Program-made: the position numbers and the translations under genes
Part shown: positions 59,911-64,000 of the stretch, one piece after another
Layout of the letters: each line of letters starts with the position of its first letter
Position numbering within the stretch: position 1 is the first letter of the stretch
Assembly (NCBI GenBank): GCA_029555085.1
Contig: JAKPTO010000026.1
Location: 32,001-96,000 of the forward strand
Reading direction: 5' to 3'
Length of the DNA: 64,000 nucleotides
From: a bacterium
GTDB taxonomy: Bacteria; Patescibacteriota; Patescibacteriia; UBA1558; S5-K13
Notes under the pieces: generated by a model
What the model was told of the DNA's origin: nothing
The model's database searches: none
What the model saw: the letters and a program-made list of their open reading frames with translations, nothing else

Positions 59911-61974
59911 ATGAATCTAGATACAACACTTGATAAAATCTACGGAATAGGTCCAACAATCTATAAAAAATTACAAAAAATCGGATTAAATACAATATCT
60001 GATGCTATTTTTTATTATCCATTTAGATATGAAGATTTTTCCCATTTAAAACAAATAAATGAGCTTGTAAATGAAGAATCTGCCACTATAAAAGGAAAAA
60101 TCATACTTTTAAACAATAAGAGATCTCCTAGAAAAAAAATGAATATCACTGAAATGCTTTTAGGAGATGATTCCGGACAAATTCAGATAATTTGGTTTAA
60201 TCAACCATATATTAAAAATATATTACAAATTGGAGATGAGATATTTGTTTCAGGTGTTGTAAAAAAATCACTTTTGGGATTATCACTTATAAATCCAAAT
60301 TATGAAAAAACTAATAGAGACACATCACACACTGCAAGAATTATTCCTATATATCCATCAACAGAGCATTTATCACAGAAACAACTTAGATACATAATAA
60401 AACAATCCTTGTCTTGTATAAATGAATTACATGAAAGGTTACCAAGTCAAATTATTAAAAAAGAAAATTTAATAGAAATAAAAGAGGCAATAAAACAAAT
60501 TCACTTTCCAGATAATTATAAAAAATTAGATCTTGCAAAAAAAAGATTATCATTTGATGAAATATTTTTATTATCATGTTTATCAAAATTTATTAAAAAA
60601 CAAAATATTGAATTAAGCGCTCCTCAAATTAATTTCAAGGAAAAACAGATAAAAGATTTAGTAAAAAAAATTCCATTTAAATTAACAGAAGATCAAAGAA
60701 AGGCAACCTGGCAAATTCTAAAAGATATTAGCCACAAAATTCCAATGAATAGACTTCTTGAAGGCGATGTAGGAAGTGGAAAGACAATTGTTTCTTTTAT
60801 CTGCGCTTACAATGTAATCTTGAACAAATATCAAGCAATTTTAATGTCTCCTACTCAGATTTTAACAAAACAACACTTTGAAAATGCTGTAAAATTTTTC
60901 AAGGACTATGATATTAATATTTTACTTTTTACAAACTCTGACAGATTATTATTTAATGGAAAAAAACAATTAGCACAAAAATTAACAAAAAAAGAAATTA
61001 ATAAGTTTGTCAAAAAATCTGATTTTATAATAGGAACTCATTCTTTAATTCAGCAAAATGTAGAATTCAAAAATATTGGGCTCATAATAATTGACGAGCA
61101 ACACAGATTCGGAGTTAAGCAGCGTCAAGAATTAACAAAAAAATCAGATATTAGTCCACACTTTTTATCAATGACTGCAACTCCAATTCCAAGATCTCTA
61201 GCGCTTACAATTTATGGAGATTTAGATATTTCAAAAATTTTACAAAAACCAGCAAACAGAAAAAAAATTATTACAAAATTTGTATATTCTCGCAACAGAA
61301 CAAAAGCTTATGAATTTATTTATAACCAGATCCAAAACGGCAGACAAGTTTTTGTTGTGTGTCCACTTATAAATGAATCGGATAAATTAGGAGTAAAATC
61401 CGTAATGAGTGAATATGAAAAATTAAGCAACGACATTTTTCCAAATTTAAAAATAGAATATTTACATGGAAAAATGAAAGAAACAGAAAAGCAAAAAATT
61501 CTAAAAAGTTTTTCTGACAATGAAACAAAAATTTTAGTATCAACTTCTGTTATTGAGGTTGGAATTGATTTTCCAAATGTAACAATAATGATAATTGAAG
61601 GTGCTGATAGATTTGGATTGGCATCACTCCATCAATTTCGAGGTCGTGTTGGTCGCGGAGAACATCAATCATTTTGCTTTTTATTTTCTGAATCAAACTC
61701 AGAAAAATCCCGTAAACGTTTAGAAATATTAACAAAAACAGATAATGGATTTGAACTCGCAGAATATGATTTAAAATTTCGTGGAAGTGGAGATTTGTAT
61801 GGAATAAAACAATCAGGATTTATGAATGGAGTGAAAATTGCAGATTTATCAGATTTAGAATTAATCAAAAAATGCAATATTTGGGCTCAATATATTTTTG
61901 AAAAAGGTCTTGAAAAATTCCCTCAAATAAAAAAAGAGATAGAATTACTATCTTCTGATATTCACTTGGAATAA
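59911..61974 (+). CDS. recG: ATP-dependent DNA helicase RecG
   Basis: YYPFRYED, MNRLLEGDVGSGKT, IIDEQHRFGVKQR, MTATPIPRSL, HQFRGRVGRG, DLKFRGSG. Confidence 0.97.
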   Translation: MNLDTTLDKIYGIGPTIYKKLQKIGLNTISDAIFYYPFRYEDFSHLKQINELVNEESATIKGKIILLNNKRSPRKKMNITEMLLGDDSGQIQIIWFNQPYIKNILQIGDEIFVSGVVKKSLLGLSLINPNYEKTNRDTSHTARIIPIYPSTEHLSQKQLRYIIKQSLSCINELHERLPSQIIKKENLIEIKEAIKQIHFPDNYKKLDLAKKRLSFDEIFLLSCLSKFIKKQNIELSAPQINFKEKQIKDLVKKIPFKLTEDQRKATWQILKDISHKIPMNRLLEGDVGSGKTIVSFICAYNVILNKYQAILMSPTQILTKQHFENAVKFFKDYDINILLFTNSDRLLFNGKKQLAQKLTKKEINKFVKKSDFIIGTHSLIQQNVEFKNIGLIIIDEQHRFGVKQRQELTKKSDISPHFLSMTATPIPRSLALTIYGDLDISKILQKPANRKKIITKFVYSRNRTKAYEFIYNQIQNGRQVFVVCPLINESDKLGVKSVMSEYEKLSNDIFPNLKIEYLHGKMKETEKQKILKSFSDNETKILVSTSVIEVGIDFPNVTIMIIEGADRFGLASLHQFRGRVGRGEHQSFCFLFSESNSEKSRKRLEILTKTDNGFELAEYDLKFRGSGDLYGIKQSGFMNGVKIADLSDLELIKKCNIWAQYIFEKGLEKFPQIKKEIELLSSDIHLE

Positions 61975-62009
61975 ATTAAGAATATAAAATAAGCTAAACA
62001 ATTCAAAAC

Positions 62010-63347
62010 TTAAATTAAAAACTTTTTAAGTTCTTTTATATTTTTGATACAATTCAAATTAATTCCTTTTACATCAACTGCTTTTTCAAAACTTGGAATA
62101 ATTATATTTTTAAATCCTAAATTCACTGCTTCTTTTATTCTCTCTTTTGTTTTTGGTATTTGTCTAATTTCTCCATTGAGTCCTACTTCACCAAAAAATA
62201 CTGAATTTTCCATAATTTTTTTATTTTCATATGATGAATAAATTGCCACCGCAACCGCTAAATCAAGCGCGCGGTCCGAAACTTTGAAGCCACCAGTTAA
62301 ATTAATATAAACATCATATAAATTTAATTTTAAATCTAATTTTGATTGAAGTACTGCTATAAGTAATTCTAATCTTTTCTGATCATAACCAGATACGGTT
62401 CTTTTTGGATAACCAAAATTTGTTTTTGATACAAGTGCTTGAAGTTCTAACATTAAAACCTGATTTCCTTCTATAATAGAAGTAATTGCCGTGCCTGAAC
62501 TTTCTGGATTAATTGATGACAAATAAATTTTTGATGGATTTATCACTTCTTTAAATCCTGATTTTGTCATCTCTAAAATTACCGACTCATCAGTTGCTCC
62601 AAATCTATTTTTAACAGATTTCAAAATTCTAAATCTATGCAATCTATCACCTTCAAGACTCAGTACGCAATCAACTAAATGTTCCATTGTTTTAGGTCCC
62701 GCTAAATCACCTGATTTATTTACATGACTTATGATGAGAGTTGCAATATTAAATTTTCTTGCAATTTCCATAATTTTTACAGTACAAGCCCTTACTTGCG
62801 CGACTCCACCTGGATCGCTTTCAATCTCACTCGTGTAAAGTGTTTGAATTGAATCTATAATTAAAAAATCTGGTTTGATTTTTAATATTCCAGCTAGAAT
62901 TATTTCTATATTATTTTCTGCCAAAAACTTTACTACTTTACTATCAACTTCCAATCTATCAAAACGAGATTTTACTGAACTTGCACTCTCTTCTCCTGAA
63001 ACATATAAAGTATTTAAACTCTTGTTTATAATTTGAGAAATAATTGTAGATTTTCCAATCCCCGGCTCACCACCAAGTAAAACCAAAGAAGAAGGAACTA
63101 ATCCTCCTCCGACTACTTTATCAAAATAAGTTAATCCTGTTTTTATTTTTTTAACTTGTTCATTTTTTATTTTTGACAAATCTATGAAATCAACTTTTAA
63201 ATCTTTTAAATTTTCTGTTTTGTCTTTTCTTTCGTCTTCGATAAATGTTTCTTTTTCTAATGTTCCCCAAGCACCACACTCAATACACTTTCCAGCCCAT
63301 TTCGGAAATTGTGCTCCACATTTTGAACATGAATATATTGTTTTCAT
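62010..63347 (-). CDS. radA: DNA repair protein RadA/Sms
   Basis: CSKCG...W.GKCIECGAW, GGEPGIGKST, IDSIQT, KNRFG, GEVGLNGEIR. Confidence 0.97.
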   Translation of the reverse strand: MKTIYSCSKCGAQFPKWAGKCIECGAWGTLEKETFIEDERKDKTENLKDLKVDFIDLSKIKNEQVKKIKTGLTYFDKVVGGGLVPSSLVLLGGEPGIGKSTIISQIINKSLNTLYVSGEESASSVKSRFDRLEVDSKVVKFLAENNIEIILAGILKIKPDFLIIDSIQTLYTSEIESDPGGVAQVRACTVKIMEIARKFNIATLIISHVNKSGDLAGPKTMEHLVDCVLSLEGDRLHRFRILKSVKNRFGATDESVILEMTKSGFKEVINPSKIYLSSINPESSGTAITSIIEGNQVLMLELQALVSKTNFGYPKRTVSGYDQKRLELLIAVLQSKLDLKLNLYDVYINLTGGFKVSDRALDLAVAVAIYSSYENKKIMENSVFFGEVGLNGEIRQIPKTKERIKEAVNLGFKNIIIPSFEKAVDVKGINLNCIKNIKELKKFLI

Positions 63348-63373
63348 TTAATTATATTAGTTTTATATTTATA

Positions 63374-64000
63374 TTATCTACCGATTCCCTTTCTTGCTAT
63401 ATTCTCAAATCCTAATTCTTTGCATTTATTATAACGAGCTAATTTTAAATTACCAGTAGAAATAGCCCACTGACTCGTTGTGCCTCCAGCATATCTTCTA
63501 AAACAAAGTTCCAAGTTACCATCTTTACAATACTGATGTTTCCATCCTAAAACAAAAGCTTCTAAATTAGAATCAATAGTTAATAATGAATCAAAACTAA
63601 AACACTTATTTTGATATATAAAACCATTATTATTATTACATAAAATATCTTGTTTAGAATGGTAAGTAATTTGACCCAAACCCAATCCAAATGTATAACC
63701 TTTTTTATTTATATAGTTTTTCCAATTAGAAATAGAGACCCCTGGAATATTTTTATCATAAACATACTTAGAGCAATTAGGATTATTACACAACTCTCTT
63801 TTATTGCTATTAATTTTTCCTGCCAACCAATCCTTGCAACAAGAAGGATAAAGATTACATATATGTGCCCTGCGAGCAATAATATCACAAGCCGTGTCTC
63901 TAGTAACAGCCGAGTCATTGCCAAATGCTCTTGGGTCTCCTCCTGATTCTTGATGAATTACAGCATAATAAATACACTCATCTATATTGTTCCACTTAGC
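63374..64000 (-). CDS. lytic transglycosylase (SLT-like) domain protein with Cys-rich insertions; 5' end outside the window
   Basis: Frame of the 150-aa ORF is open to 64000: AVIHQESGGDPRA (motif I), GLGLGQIT (motif II), RRYAGG (motif III-like). Confidence 0.75.
   Translation of the reverse strand, partial: AKWNNIDECIYYAVIHQESGGDPRAFGNDSAVTRDTACDIIARRAHICNLYPSCCKDWLAGKINSNKRELCNNPNCSKYVYDKNIPGVSISNWKNYINKKGYTFGLGLGQITYHSKQDILCNNNNGFIYQNKCFSFDSLLTIDSNLEAFVLGWKHQYCKDGNLELCFRRYAGGTTSQWAISTGNLKLARYNKCKELGFENIARKGIGR

Overview
Very AT-rich bacterial chromosomal window, standard code 11 (dsbA ends in TGA). The gene content suggests Patescibacteria (CPR); this is inference from the compact housekeeping genes, minor-pilin cluster, giant HTH-led fibre protein and SD-less or leaderless starts. 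Housekeeping genes: gpmI-eno-pgk, rplY, tgt, recO, ileS, smpB/tmRNA, infC-rpmI-rplT, tRNA-Asp, lgt, dsbA, gatCA, ligA, recG, radA. Also present: a MacAB-type ABC system, a fatty-acid scavenging cluster (FadD-PlsC-HAD plus sensor kinase), and an oxidative-stress/base-excision cluster (rbr-dfx-nth-ogg). The best candidate for an undescribed system is at 55.5-59.9 kb (minus strand). A sigma70-type promoter precedes a ~190-nt structured non-coding region closed by an 18-bp inverted repeat. Three overlapping genes follow: a group-II-like reverse transcriptase with an atypical IGDD motif, an ABC-exporter-like membrane protein with a degenerate ATPase, and a membrane-anchored PLD-family protein. It does not look like a group II intron, DGR or canonical retron. 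Other notable items are an enolase lacking key catalytic residues, a likely horizontally acquired M23/CBM/FlgD-tail protein, a duplicated tRNA-Asp 3' end, and a long tmRNA tag. All calls come from motif recognition by eye; no searches were run.
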